Shown here piece by piece: positions 39,981 to 54,040 of a stretch of DNA of 64,000 nucleotides. Below the pieces are notes generated by a model that worked only from the letters and a program-made list of their open reading frames with translations, had not been told where the DNA came from and did not search any database. A program made the position numbers and the translations under genes. The stretch's first letter is position 1. Each line of letters begins with the position of its first letter. Origin of the DNA: Eledone cirrhosa (taxonomy: Eukaryota); assembly GCA_964016885.1 (NCBI GenBank), contig OZ024741.1:167958001-168022000 (forward strand). Direction: 5' to 3'.

Positions 39981-42361
39981 ATAAACTAACTTTGTTTATT
40001 TATATTCGCTGTTATATATATTTTGGTAATAACAACTATGCAACAGCTATGACCTCACCAGAGAGCTAGAATTTGAACAGAAAAAACAATTTTTTTTATA
40101 TGCTCTGTGCTGAAATTTGGTGTTCTTTTCTCAAAGGACTGGTTGCATATATATAACTTATTGTGGCATATAAATAACTTATTGTGGGTGCAGCATGGCC
40201 AAATGATTAAGAAGTTCACTTCACAACCATATGGTCCTGGGTTTGATCCCACTGCATAGCATCTTGGGAAAGTGTCAATTACCATAACTTCAGGGTAACT
40301 TATGCTTTGTGAGGGAAATTAGGTGGACAGAAACTGTTTGGAAGCTCGTCAGATGGACTGTACCTGTAATTCAAAGGGTCAGTCTTGTCTCAAGTCATCA
40401 CTCCAAATTTCCTTGAGAATTATGCTAAGGGTATGTGGACCTCTGGAATGCTCAGTTACTTACATGTTAATTTCATAAGCAGGTTGTTTCATTGATCAAA
40501 TGACTGAAAAACTCATCATGAAAATCAACCAAGGTCCATGCCATATAGCTTATCAAAAGACATTTTAAATGTCATATTGTTACTTGTTACAAATAAAACT
40601 GCAGAATTTCTAGGGTTCAGCTAGTAACAATAATCATTGTAAATATTGATTTAGTTATGCAGTGGAATTCTAGCAGCAATAGAGTGAGCCATTCACCCTA
40701 ACTCCTAAACCATGAGTCTTCACCAACTGACTGATATTCATCACTATTTTATAGAATTCAAAAACTCTGAATGGAATAAATATTTCAGTCTAATGGTATG
40801 AATATTAAGACATGAAGTAGATAATAAATCAAAAGTAAAGAAAAAGAAAAAAAAAGAAACAGAAGAAGATTCCCACCATCTCCACGGTAATGTCTTTTGG
40901 GAGACACAAAAATAATAATTGTATTTCTATCGTTGATGTTAAGCAATGAATACTAATGATTCCATTTGTAAAACCTAGCTCAAAACTATAGTAAAATACT
41001 TACTTAACTCTTTTAAAACTAACTCAGCCAAAATGGCTCTGGTTGTATGAAATAAACACATTCATATTAAAGTGTGTCTACTTAAATTAAAATCTTCCAG
41101 CATAGTAATGAAATATTTAATAATTTTAGGAAATCTCTCAAAATTATTCATCAAGGTATTGAATTAAAGTGCATTTCATTAGAGATAAGGTCACAAATAG
41201 GTTAAATATCTACTGAAAATATTTTGTTTATTTTTTTATTCTTTTCCTAGTTTCAGTTATTAGACTATGGGTATTCTGGAGCACCACCTTTATTCAGCCA
41301 ATCTTAACAGCCCTGTAATTATTATTTTTTTCAAACCTGGTTCTTCATCTACCTTCTTTTTTTCTCAAACCACTTAGTTGTGACATAATCACAAACACAA
41401 ATATGTCACAGACACACACAAACATGTTGAACTTCAACACAATTTCCACCTACCAATGGAGACTAAACCCAGAACCATGCAATTGCCAATTGAGCTACTT
41501 AACCACACAGCAATGCTTACACACACACACATATATATATATGATTTATAACTTTTATAATAATTCAATTTATTCTTGTCTTTAGTTATCATTATATTCT
41601 GTCTGTTATCTTTATGGTATGATTATTTGGGTGGTTTTCTTTCATTTCTGTTCTTACATTTTTGAAGAGGTGAGTGTGGTAGCTGTTTGTGATAAAACTT
41701 GTTTAATTTAATTGAAATCAAATGTAAAATACTTTAAACTGTGAATATTAATTTATGTCTAACAATAAAACACATGGGTACCCTAACATCATTATATAAA
41801 CCAGTTTGAAGAAGCCTGTATCAGAAATACAAATGATGATGGTGTAGTGTAACATCTGTGACACAAGTTTGTTTCTTTGGTTTGAATGGTTGATATGAGA
41901 TGAGACACAAAGACACACTCTTATTTTGAGAAAAATGTTGTAGTAGATTTTAAAACATGTGTATTCATCAAAAGTTGAACCTGATATTAAAAATATAGAC
42001 ACAAAAGAATGATTGCAGTACATTTATACATGCTTTCATTTAACTCTGTTGCCTATCATCAGTTGTTGTTTTTTTAAAATTAGTAAGTGAGTGTGGTACC
42101 CCCATAGACTAACATCAAAATTGAATTACAAGTTTCTACCATATTTTACAGAAAATAGCTTGGAAAAAGTGAACAACAGCACAGGGGCTTATATGCCTAT
42201 AGTAAAAAAATACAGTGAAAACTTCTAATTCAATTTATACATGTTTTTTTAAGAAAAATATTGATGTTAGTATTAATTAACATACTAAACTATGCATGCT
42301 TATATAAATATACTGCTATACTTAAGCATAGCTTGTATATAGTATACATGTATCATTATTA

Positions 42362-43545
42362 TTTGGCAGTATCGGTAGAGGGTCGGACGCCATGCTTTGA
42401 CGCAAAGAGTTACAGCCCTTGCCATTCTGAGTTCAAATCCCGCCAAGGTTAATTTGCCTTTCATCCTTACGGGGTCGATAAAAATAAAGTACCAGTAATG
42501 CACTGGGTAATTGCTGGCCTTGTGCCAAAAGTAGAAACAATTATTATTATTATTATTATTAAGGGCAGTGGATTGGCAGTATTGGTAGAGAGTCAGACGC
42601 CATGCTTTGCAGCATAGAGTTACGGTCTGAGTTCAAATCCCGCCGAGGTTAACTTTGCCTTTCATCCTCACGGGGTCGATAAAATAAAGTACCAGTGACA
42701 TACTTGGGTCGATTTAATCGACTTCTCCCTAAAATTACTGGCCTTGTTCCTATATAAGAAATCATTATTATTAAGGTGGGTTGGCAGTATCGGTAGAGGA
42801 TCGGATGCCATGCTTTGATGCATAGAGTTATGGCCCTTTATGATCTGAGTTCAAATCCCGCCGAGGTTAACTTTACCTTTCATCCTTACAGGGTTGATAA
42901 AATAAAGTACAGTCATGCACTGGGGTCGATTTAATTGACTTTCCCCTCCCCCAAAATTGCAGACCTTGTGCCTATATAAGAAACCATTATTATTGACTTT
43001 GCCTTTCATCCTTACGGGGTCGATAAAATAAAGTACCAGTAATGCACTGGATAATTGCTGGCCTTGTGCCTAACGTAGAAACAATTATTATTATTATAAT
43101 TGGCGGTGGATTGGTAGTATCGGTAGAGAGTCAGATGCCATGCTTTCCAGCATAGGGTACGTCCCTTTATGGACTGAGTTCAAATCCCGCCAAGGTTAAC
43201 TTTGCATTTCATCCTTACGGGGTTGATAAAATAAAGTACCAGTAATGTACTGGGTAATTCTTGACCTTGTGCCAAAAGTAGAAACAATTATTATTATTAT
43301 TATTTTAAAATAAATAATTGTTATTATGGTGGGGAATTAGTAGAATCATTAGAGCATCAGACAAAATGCTTTGCAGTATTTGTTCCAGTTCTTTATATTC
43401 TGAGTTCAAATCTGGCCTAGGTTAGCTTTCCCTTTCCTCTTTTGGGGCTGATAAAATAATGTACCAGTCAAGTATTGGGGTTGATAAAATAGATTTTCTT
43501 CATCTCTCAAAATTGCTGGCTTTATGCCTAAATAAGAAATATTTA
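42362..43545 (+). repeat. Head-to-tail array of ~6 tRNA/Meta-domain SINE units separated by (ATT)n
   Basis: Recurrent ttggcagtatcggtagag..gagttcaaatcccgcc..ctttcatccttacggggtcgataaaataaagtaccagt. Confidence 0.85.
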
Positions 43546-44759
43546 TTATCATCATCATCATTTAATGACAGTTTTCCTTTGCTAACAATACTTAACCATG
43601 TCATCATAGAGCAAATCAATAATTAATCAGAACTACTGTATTTTACTCACATATGTTCCCACAATATACATATATATATTATTATTTGCAGATACCAACA
43701 TATCTATCATCCTCCATGCAATACTGCTATTGGGATTGGTCAGTTACTTCATGTTGCTGTTTGAGATTGGTTGAACATAAAATTTGCAGACAAAAAAATT
43801 CTAGATGTTTTATTTTTTTACAGATTAATGTGCAACTTTTAGCAATGAGGACAATTAGTTTTGAATGGTAAATAATTTTCCAAGCACTATCATTACATTG
43901 CCCGATAAATGAAGCCTTTAAATGCCATATGCCCTGTGGCATATCTGTCATAAAACTATGAGACTAATTTTATAAATATTACAGCATTTATTTAAAAAAA
44001 AAACGTATCTTCATCTATTCTTCGAACAAATATTTAATCATCAACAATATCATTGTTTTTATGTCAATTCTTCCATGCTAGCAATGTTTTACAGGACAGA
44101 TACTTATAATTTGATGTAAGAATTTTTCTTAAGTTATTTTCCAAGTAGCTGGTTAATAATGAGAAATTTAGTTATATTACTAAATCCCTTCAAATTCTTG
44201 ATTTTAAAAATTATCTAAAATTTATAGTCAATGTGGTAACAATTTTATGTTACTGAAACAATAATTTTCATACTTTTCTTAGATATTCCTGTAGTCCATC
44301 ACTATATTCATATCATCATCATCATCATCATCATCATACATTCTTTTTCCATAATAGCATGGCTGGACCCCCAACTTGCTCATATATTTCAGATTTGGCA
44401 TGGTTTCTTTGCTAGATGCCCATCCTAACATCATAATACAGCATGTACTGAATACATTGTACAATGGCACCAGCACTATCTCTTTAAAGAGTGTACCGGG
44501 TACATTTTGTCATGGCACCAACAGTAAATATGTTGTCTAAGAGTCCTCTCAAGCCCTACATAGAACCCATTAAGTTGCTAGAGAAAGATGTTTAATATAG
44601 AGAACACAGTCATCCATCATGATGTAAATAGTATTTGGCATGAATTGCATATTTTATGAGCAACAGTTTAAAACATATATATATATATATACACATGAAT
44701 GAATAAATATTATAGTATACATGCCTTCTCTACCAAATATATTGTACGTAACACAAAAT

Positions 44760-44930
44760 AAATAATTGTTTCTACTTTTTGGCACAAGGCCAGCATTACT
44801 GGTACTTTATTTTATCAACCCCGTAAGGATGAAAGGCAAAGTTAACCTCGGCGGGATTTGAACTCAGAATGGCAAGGGCCGTCAAAGCATGGCGTCTGAC
44901 TCTCTACCGATACTGCCAATCCACCGCCCT
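44760..44930 (-). mobile_element. Meta-domain SINE copy
   Basis: Reverse complement of the 42362 array unit. Confidence 0.8.
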
Positions 44931-45016
44931 ATAATAATAATGTGTGGAAATTTTGTTCCTGCCTTGCGGCTCTCTCAGACATCTAAATATCTGAAGGTTA
45001 TAGTAACTGGGACACC

Positions 45017-45046
<30 letters not shown>

Positions 45047-45052
<6 letters not shown>

Positions 45053-45355
45053 TGTATGTATAGTATATTTGGCAATATACCGTATGCTTAATTAAAAACA
45101 TTTTGAATACCATACGCTATCAGTTTTAAAGTAGTGACTTCTTTTCTTCAGCGAAAGAAGGGAGAGAAGCTAACAAACTGTGTTTCACACTGTTGGTGAT
45201 CATGAGAGCAATGTATTCCCCGCTTTCACCGAAGATAATAGGAGGTGGATTCTTATAGAATTCCAGTTTTTAATTAAGTATACGGTATATTGCCAAATAT
45301 ACTATACATACATTCATGTATACATCGCTAATTCAGAGCACCAATCCTAATACCA
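45047..45355 (+). mobile_element. Small fold-back element in (AT)n, PLE-like architecture
   Basis: ~50-bp inverted repeat 45047-45099 / 45266-45318 plus ~35-nt unique tail; degenerate ccgaaga..gaa core. Confidence 0.55.
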
Positions 45356-45434
45356 TATATATATATATATATATGTTTCATATATATATTTATATATATG
45401 TATATATATGTATATATATACACATTATATATAT

Positions 45435-45468
<34 letters not shown>

Positions 45469-45623
45469 GTATGTATATATATATATTCATATATATACAT
45501 ATATATAAATATATATATGAAACACAAATTTAAATTTTGAAAGCAAAACAATGCATTAAAGAGAACATTAGAATGGCAAGATAACAAAATTCAACAATGC
45601 TTCAAGCAAGCTACAATACACTG

Positions 45624-45665
<42 letters not shown>

Positions 45666-46429
45666 TTATATTTGGGGAGGGTCATATTGTTATAATATTG
45701 GCAAAAATAACAATAGAACACACTCACTGTTTGGTTTGGATTGTTTTTCGCTTCTGTATCTTTTATATCTCTATTGACATATATATATATATTATCATCA
45801 TCGTTTAACATCCATCTTCCACCCTAGCGTGGTTTAGACGTGATTGTCCCACTTGAGGCAAGATTGGTTGGGTGACCATCTCTCACTTGTAGAACTGTAT
45901 CTGGCAGGTTTTCTATGGCTGGATGCCCTTCCTAACACCAACCACATTTACATATTCATGATAGTCTACCGTCCACTTTTTCTGCTGCCGAGGGTTGTAC
46001 AAGTCTTTATATACTGAAGCAGGCTACTGTCCTGCCAGTCAGGATGGGGGACTGCATCATGCTTACGAATGGTCTCACATTCTACTGAGTGCACCAGGAC
46101 AAGGAAAGTTGTCATGTCCTTGACACAGCTGTAGAGACCTTCCAGCCCTTTGCCAGGCAAGCTTTCTACAGCTAAATGTCCTTCGTATAACAAACCACTT
46201 TACAGGGTGTACTGGGTATATTTATCGTGTAGATCAGCAACAGTAGGAAGGCTGTCATATCCTTGACTCAATTAAAGAGAACTCTCAACCCTTTGTTTGG
46301 CAATCCTTTCTATGGCTGGATGCTCTTCCTATCACTAAACCCTTTACACTATGTGCTGGGTGCATTTATCATATAGATTATCAATACTAGAGAGGTTGTC
46401 ATGCCGTGATACATCTGAATGGTTCTCTC

Positions 46430-48850
46430 AACTCTAAGCATGGTTTCTACACTGGGGGTGTCTTCTTGTCACCAACCATCTTAAGGGTGACTGCCAACAG
46501 TCACCAGTGTTGTGAAGGGGAAGTATAGTGATGGAGAGAACAACTGAGTGAAGCAGAAGTGGCATGGATGGGGTAGAGGTATGTAGAGATGGTGAGAATA
46601 GTTGCGAGGGAGTGTAAGTAAGTGGGAGGGGGGACAAAATAAGTCAGGTCACATTGTATGTTGTTGGCTCGATCTTCACTAGTATAGCATAGCACCACCC
46701 CTTGCAATCCTTTCTCATCTTCATTGTGAGGGTTAATTTTTAAGGTCGATCTTCACAACCCCATCCCATAAATTCCTGGGTCTGTCTCTTCTACAAGTCC
46801 CATCCACTGGAGTTTCTCTGCAATTTTTATGCAACTACTATCTTCCATACACATCATATATCCATACCAACACAGTCTCCTCTTTTTCACACTACATCCA
46901 ATTCCTCTTATATCGAACGTTTTCCTCAGTTTGTTTATGCTACGTCATTCACGCACACTAACAATTTATTTATTTCTAGCCTCCACTGGTCTTCTCTTCA
47001 CTCTGAGACAAAAACCTTTGTTGTCAGCAGAGGTAACAATTCTTCCAGCTTGTTCTTATCCTGGTTATCACATTTTCAGAGCATCCTCCCCCACTGTTAA
47101 TTTGGTCACCTAGGTAATGAAAGCTGGCAACAACATCTAAGGAGCCTTGTTGGCAACTTGAAGATATTCATTTCACATGTGCTCTTAGTGCTTACTTCTG
47201 CCACATATAAAATGTATCTCTTTCATTGTCCACCTTATAGAATTTCAACCCTTTCTGAAAAATCTAACAAGGCCACTTCCCTAATGTTATCACCCCCCTC
47301 CGCCTCCTACTTATTAAGACTTTTGTCATTGCTAAGTTTACTTTTAGGCCTTTCAACTCTAGGTTGTTCTTTCATGCTTGAAGTTTTTCCACTAACTCTT
47401 CCATAGATTCAGCTATAAGGACTAGGTAATCAGCATATCGGAGCTCTCATGGAGTGCCAATTTTAAACTCCTCAGTGATATCCTAATGGATAAATATAAA
47501 CATGAGTAAACTGAGGACTGAGCACTATTGAACCCCACCTGCACTTCAAATTCATCAATGTACTCATTACCAACTCTTACTTTGCTGTTTGCTTTTTTAT
47601 ACATGGCCTGCACAGTCATCACAAGCCACTTGCCTATGCTTAGCTTCCTAAGTGCCTACCAGATTACAGAGTGTGGAATCCTGTCAAAAGGCCTTCTCCA
47701 GTGGCTTAATCTTAGTTAAGTATTTCTCCTGTAATTGTCAGACCAGAAAGAGTGCATCACTATTACCTCGACCTGGTATAAATCCAAACTGCATCTCATC
47801 TAACTTGATTCTGTCCCTAATTAATTGTGCTTATAACCTTTTCAGCAACTTTCATGACCTTGTCCATCAACTTGATGCATCTGTAGTTATTTCTCTCCCT
47901 AGCCCTTGTAACAATTTATGATGATACTGTTGTGCCAGTCATTGGGTATGACACTATTCTGTGCTACTTGGTTAACTATGCATCTGACTGGCTATTATCC
48001 TACCATGCCAGATGATTTTAGCATCTTAGCGACTATAGCAGATGGTCCAGCTGTCTTCTCTACCTTCATGTCCTTAATTGCTGTTGGCTTTAATGGCTGG
48101 TCTCTCAGTTGGGTCTGCATAATATGTCTTCCATGCCTCTTTCTTTAAGGCATCAAAGAGGGCAAGTGCTCCACTATCATTTCAGACACACTTTTCTCAA
48201 ACCAAATCACAATTTCTTCTTGTGACTGACTTGCAATTTGGAACTCTTCATGCCGCTGATCTTCTTGACACAGAACATATGCAAGGTTCTTCTTTTTTAC
48301 CTCTCCCTTTGCTAGATATACTTTGTGCTTGGCCTCTCTACTAGCTATCTGGTATTGTTTTCTATCTCCTCCATTCCTTCAGGCTCTCCGGGCTTGTCTT
48401 TTTGTTTTTATGATTCTTTCTATCTTGTCATTGCACCACAACATCACTGTCTCACTTGCTGGGACCTTGCTCTAGTTGAAGACCTGCTATGTAGCTTCCA
48501 ACAAGAGGCCTCATAGAAATTCTCAATTTTTCTTTATGTTATGTCTCCAACTCTTCTTCCTTAGTGTCAGAGGTGTCATGTAAGGTTTTTCTGACTGCAA
48601 CAGGTTCTCCTAACCTCCATGTCTTCTTTCTCTAGACTGGATTTTGTCTGTTGGCACATCTAGCCCTTACTGACAATTAATCTATATTTATATATAGGGG
48701 TACATTCCTCTATAGAAAAGAACTTGGCATTTACAAGCATTTGCCTATCTCATTTCCTGGAGAGAATTAAGTCTATGTGGCTTTTTCCCCCTCCCTTGGT
48801 AAGTGATCTGGTGACTGACTGCTTTCCTGAAGTTTGTGTTGCAGATGGGC
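46430..48850 (-). mobile_element. Old, heavily mutated RTE LINE
   Basis: Reverse strand resembles 56200-58500 (VQAMYKKANSKVRVGNEY..F.VQVG; MQFGFIPGR). Confidence 0.75.
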
Positions 48851-48984
48851 TTTAGGGGCAGCAGGACAGCATGGATGTTTGGTGATAATCAGGGGATTCA
48901 CATGCATATTAGGTTCTTTTGTGTATTGTTTTCTATTGTCTTGTCACTCATGCACACAATTACATACACACACACACACACACA

Positions 48985-49420
48985 CATCATCATCATTTTA
49001 CGTCCACTTTTCCCAGCTTGCATGGGTGGGACAGGTCCTATTCAGCACAGCATCTCTCCATTCGATACAGTCTCTCGTCATCTCCTCCGTAAGCTTCAGC
49101 GATCTGAAGTCAGCTCTCACCACCTCCGCCCATGATTTTCATGGTCTTCCTTCTACTGGGATTTCTTGGCACTTCTTTACCCAGTGGTCATCCTCCATGT
49201 ACATCACATGTCCATACCAATGCAGTCTTCTCTCCTGCACACTACAGCTTATCCCTCTTATACACAGTTTCTCTCTCAACTCGTCTATGCTTGGTCATTC
49301 CTGCACATTGACATTGCCTACCCAATGGAGCATGCTTGCTTCATTTCTCTCCAGCCGTCACATATCCTCTGCAGTTGCTGCCCATATCTTACTACCATGC
49401 AGCATATATATATATCATCA
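48985..49420 (-). mobile_element. RTE LINE 3' fragment
   Basis: Reverse-strand RRLHWYGHVM-type C-terminus; (CAT)n tail. Confidence 0.75.
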
Positions 49421-50316
49421 TCATCACCGTTTAACATCTATTTTTTATGCTTGCATGAATTAGACATGTCACATTTTGAGATAAGACTAGTCAAGTGACT
49501 ATGTTTTGCTCTTATGCCCCATTTTTTATTTGGTTTCTAGCGCTACCACCTTATTTTATGGATTGGGTGCCTTTAATTAAGCTACCAGCACCAAGACTTT
49601 ACAGAGTGGGTTGCGTGCATCAATGGTGGTGCCCCAGCATGGCCCTAGCCAGTTGGCTGGAACAGGTAAAAGATAAAAAATAGATACATATATACTATAT
49701 ATATATATATTTATATATATGTATATATTTATGTATATATATATTTATGTATATATATATTTATGTATATATATATATATATTTATGTTTATATATATTT
49801 ATGTATATATGTATGTATATATATATTTATGTATATATATATTTATGTATATATATATATATTTATGTTTATATATATTTATGTATATATGTATCTATCT
49901 TTTATCTTATATATATATATATGTGTGTGTGTGTATATATGTATCTATCTTTTATCTTATATATATATATGTGTGTGTGTATATATATATAAGTATATGT
50001 ATACAGATGGTATGGCAGCCTCCCTAGTATTGGTGACCTATACAATAAACATATACAGTACACGCTGTAATGTGGTTGGTGATAGAAAAGGCATCCAGTC
50101 ATAGAAAATTTACCAAACAAAGAGTTGGAAGGACCCTCAGTTGTGTAAAAGACATGACAATCTCTTCTGTGCACTCAGTGGAATGTGAGACCATACATAA
50201 GTAAGATGCAGTTCTCTGGCTTGTCTGGGAGATCATCAGCCATATTTCAGAACAAATTTGATCTATTTAGACCTGTCCAACCCTAGCTAGCAGGGAAATG
50301 ACGATGAATATAATTA

Positions 50317-50693
50317 TCATCATCATCATCATTTTACGTCCGCTTTTCCCTGCTTGCAAGGGTGGGACGGGAACTGATTCTGGCTTGATTTCTACAGCTG
50401 GATGCCCTTCCTAACACCAACCTCATTTACAGTGAGTGCTGGATGCTTTTTTTCCGTGGCGCCTACACATCCACTTTACAGTGAGTGCTGGGTGCTTTGT
50501 TGCCGTGGCACCTCCACGATCACTTTGCAGTGGAATGAAAGGGACCCCAGTCCCTATCATCTCATTTCTACAGCTGAGTATACTGTAATAAAGTGTCTTG
50601 CTCAAGGAAACAACATATCACCCGGTCTGAGAATTGAACTCACAACCTTTCGATTGCAAGGCCAATGCTCTAACCACTAAGCCATGTGCCTCC
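50317..50693 (-). mobile_element. tRNA-head SINE with RTE-derived tail
   Basis: Same family as 11473-11862. Confidence 0.8.
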
Positions 50694-51070
50694 ATTATGA
50701 TCATATATATTCCAGTTACATACGGTTGTTTTTAATATTGATACGCTATTTGACTAGCTTAATAAATTCTAATCTGATGACGACACCAACATTTTTAACA
50801 GTGTATCAATTTTATTGTCTTATCTCCAATTATTAATGGTGATTACACTTTTTTATTGAAATATTATTAATTATCATTTGAAAACACTTCAAATATGGCG
50901 ATAATATTTTGATTAGAATTTAAAAGAAAAAAAATGATGTCAAGGAATTGATATGTGAGTTTTATATTAATTTTAATCTGTTTTTGCTTTTGGTTTGTTT
51001 TGATGTTGTGTCGTGAATTTTTGTATTTAGTTTTGTTTTTTACACACACACACACATATATCTATGTATA

Positions 51071-51125
<55 letters not shown>

Positions 51126-51163
51126 TGTGTGTGTGTATTTATATATATGTGTATATATATATA

Positions 51164-51220
<57 letters not shown>

Positions 51221-51245
51221 GTATAATTGTATATATTTATATATG

Positions 51246-52110
51246 AATTACACAATAATCAAAGCTATGTTCAAATCATTTTATTGCTGACAATCGTTTC
51301 TTCCAAACTATCGTTTGGAATTATCGGAGCACTAGCAATGTTTGTAATATAATTAACCTCCTATTCAACTGAACAATCATACAGATACATGGATATTAAT
51401 CTCAGTACATACACATTTGAACATTACAGAAACAACCGTCACACTACATCCACCATAAACCCATAATTTTAATACAAAAACAGCTTTGCCTGCCTGATAT
51501 GCTTGTAAACATATGTTATTTTATGTGATACCTTTGCCTTGCAGAAATTATATATGCCTAGTACCATTGCCTGCTTCCTTCCTGTATATATCTAATGTAT
51601 TTGCACTCTCTATACGCTTGCATATGTACTGCTAGTCTCCTTGTTTTATGAGTAACTTTCTACATTAATGCCTCTTTAATTGTTATACTATTCCCTTGTA
51701 ATCTCTGTCGCATGCATTCCACTCTGTGCCTCTTTCATTTTTAATTTTAATTATTGTACAATTCTCTTGAAATCTATGTCGCCTCCATTCCACTCTGTAA
51801 ATACGAAACTGTTGTTGACATTAATATCCATGTATCTATATGATTGTTCAGTTGAATAGGAGGTTAATTATATGTACAAACATTGCTACTGCTCCGATGA
51901 TTCCAAACGATAGTTTGGAAGAAACGATTGTCAACAATAAAATGATTTGAACATAGCTTTGATTATTGTGTAATTTATATTCCTGCTCTGTAAAACATCT
52001 GATGTATTTACTTTGAGCTATTTTTCTTACTGGTAATAAGGTAGTAATGAGTTACTGACCTTCCTGTGTATAGTTGTATATAGTGTATACATAACTATAA
52101 ATAATATTAT
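51246..52110 (+). mobile_element. Non-coding PLE-type element with ~155-bp inverted arms, each holding an HHR
   Basis: 51246-51400 is the inverse of 51820-51976; unique 3' tail; (AT)n flanks. Confidence 0.85.
51889..51937 (+). ncRNA. Hammerhead ribozyme motif (U4->C variant)
   Basis: tgct-CCGATGA-ttccaaac(gata)gtttggaa-GAAA-c(gatt)g-TC-a(a/g)ca; mirror copy at 51284-51332 on minus with ccgataa core. Confidence 0.75.
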
Positions 52111-52166
52111 TATTATTATATATATATGTATATATTTATATATATATATATATTTATATATGTATG

Positions 52167-52840
52167 ATAACTGACAAATAGGTTTATCTTTCTACATGGC
52201 TGAATACAAGAAGTGTAAATCTGAGTTTTTCGAATATTAATGATAATATTCGATTTGTTTACAATTATGCAAACAGCCTCTTTAAGCCATGTGAGTAGAA
52301 TAATGGGGTCATTCTACTGACATGGCTCAAAGAGACTGTTTGCATGATTGCAAATGAATCGAATATTATCATTAATATTCGAAAAACTCAGATATACATT
52401 TCTTGTACTCAGCCATGTAGAAAGATAAAACTATTTGTTAGTTATTTGACTATGGCAAATCCAGCTATTACTTGCTTGTATACATGAAACTGACTGGCCT
52501 ATATGCTAATATGCAAATTTGGTTGATCAATGGGTCTGCTAATATGCAAATCTGAATGATCAGGCAGTCTGCTAAAATGCAAATCAGGCCGATCAGTCAC
52601 TGTATATTCCAAAAAATATATATTTTCACTAGCTGAGACAACTGGCAGGCAAGCAGTATATGGTACTGATGAAGGGTAATCACTCAGAAACATTAGTGTC
52701 TGCCGTTTTGTTCATATGCCAACATAAGAGCAAAAATGATGGGCTCATTGTACTGACATGGCTTATAAAAGAGGCTGTTTGCATAATTGCAAACAAATTG
52801 AATATTATCATTAATATTCGAAAAACTCAGATTTACATTT
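52167..52840 (+). mobile_element. Non-coding PLE-type element: ~135-bp hairpin plus partial tandem repeat with an HHR
   Basis: 52167-52300 is the inverse of 52310-52446; 52738-52840 repeats 52302-52400. Confidence 0.8.
52660..52706 (+). ncRNA. Hammerhead ribozyme motif, canonical core
   Basis: atggta-CTGATGA-agggt(aatc)actca-GAAA-cat(ta)gtg-TC-tgccgt. Confidence 0.8.
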
Positions 52841-52859
52841 ATATATGTATATATATGTA

Positions 52860-54040
52860 TCATCATCATCATCATCATCATCGTTTAACGTCCATCTTCC
52901 ACGCTAGCATGTGTTTGGACGGGAATTTTCCCAATTGAGGCAAGATTGGTTGTCTTGCTCGTATAGGACTGTCTGGCGGGTTTTCTACGGCTGGATGCCC
53001 TTCCTAACACCAACCACGTTTACAGTGTGGACCGGGAGGTTTTTACCGTGTTACCTACACGGCCACATTATAGCGTGGACTGTGTGTTTTTTTGTCGTGA
53101 TACCTACACGACCTCATTTGTTTCGGACTGGATGTTGTGGTACCAACATAACATTACATTGGAAGGGTTGGTGTGGATGGGGTGGGGGTAGTGGGACAGG
53201 GGTGTATTTTTGTTAGAAGTGCCTACTGACTGTAGGTTTTGATATACATATATCATTACTTATATATATATATATATATATACATATCATCATCATCATC
53301 GTTTTTACATCCATTTTTCTACACTTGCATGGATTGGATGTGTCCTTTTCAGCACAACATCTTTCCACTTACCTCGTTTCTTTGTCATCTTCTCTGTGAG
53401 TCTCAGCACCTCTGCCCTGGTCTTTCTCAGTCTACTTCTACTGCAGCTTCCTTACACTGGCATTTTCTGGCACTTCTTCCCACATCGGTCATCATTCATG
53501 TGCATCATTATCTGTACTAATGCAGTCTTCATTTCTGCAAACATCTTCAGATTTCTCTTAAACCCAGTTTCTTCCTCAGTTCATCCAAGCTCTGCCTTTC
53601 TCTCACACTTACATTTCACATCCAACATAGCATGGCTGTTTCAATTCTCTCCAGTCTAATCATCTTCTGCAGTCACTGCCTATGTCTCACTACCCTACAG
53701 CATTGCACTTCACACACAGGTGTCATACAGTTGTTCTTTTGTATGTAGGGAGAAACCTTTTGTTGTTGACAGAGGGAGTAGCTCTCTAAACTTCTTCCAT
53801 CCTGCCCTTATTATAACTATTATGCTCTCAGGGCACCCACCCTCCACTGCTAATTAAGTCACCCAGATAGCAGAAGCTATCAACCAATTCTATGTGCCCT
53901 TCCTGTGACATGAAGATATCACTGATGCTCTTCCCCATGATTACTCCTGTGCATCTTCTACATACAAAGTCTTCCTTTCCTGTTATCCCTCTACATCCCT
54001 TGTGTACCTAAGATTTACATTGTGTACACCATATAGAATG
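52860..54040 (-). mobile_element. Two adjacent RTE 3' fragments
   Basis: 52860-53240 matches the RTE 3' UTR; 53287-54040 is an older RT C-terminal fragment; both with (CAT)n tails. Confidence 0.75.

Noticed and set aside
49690-49995. ORFs rich in Y/I/C/V here and elsewhere
   Set aside because: Translations of (AT)n/(GT)n microsatellites.
50770-50825. CTGATGA followed by a gacac/gtgt stem
   Set aside because: No GAAA and no stem I; not called.
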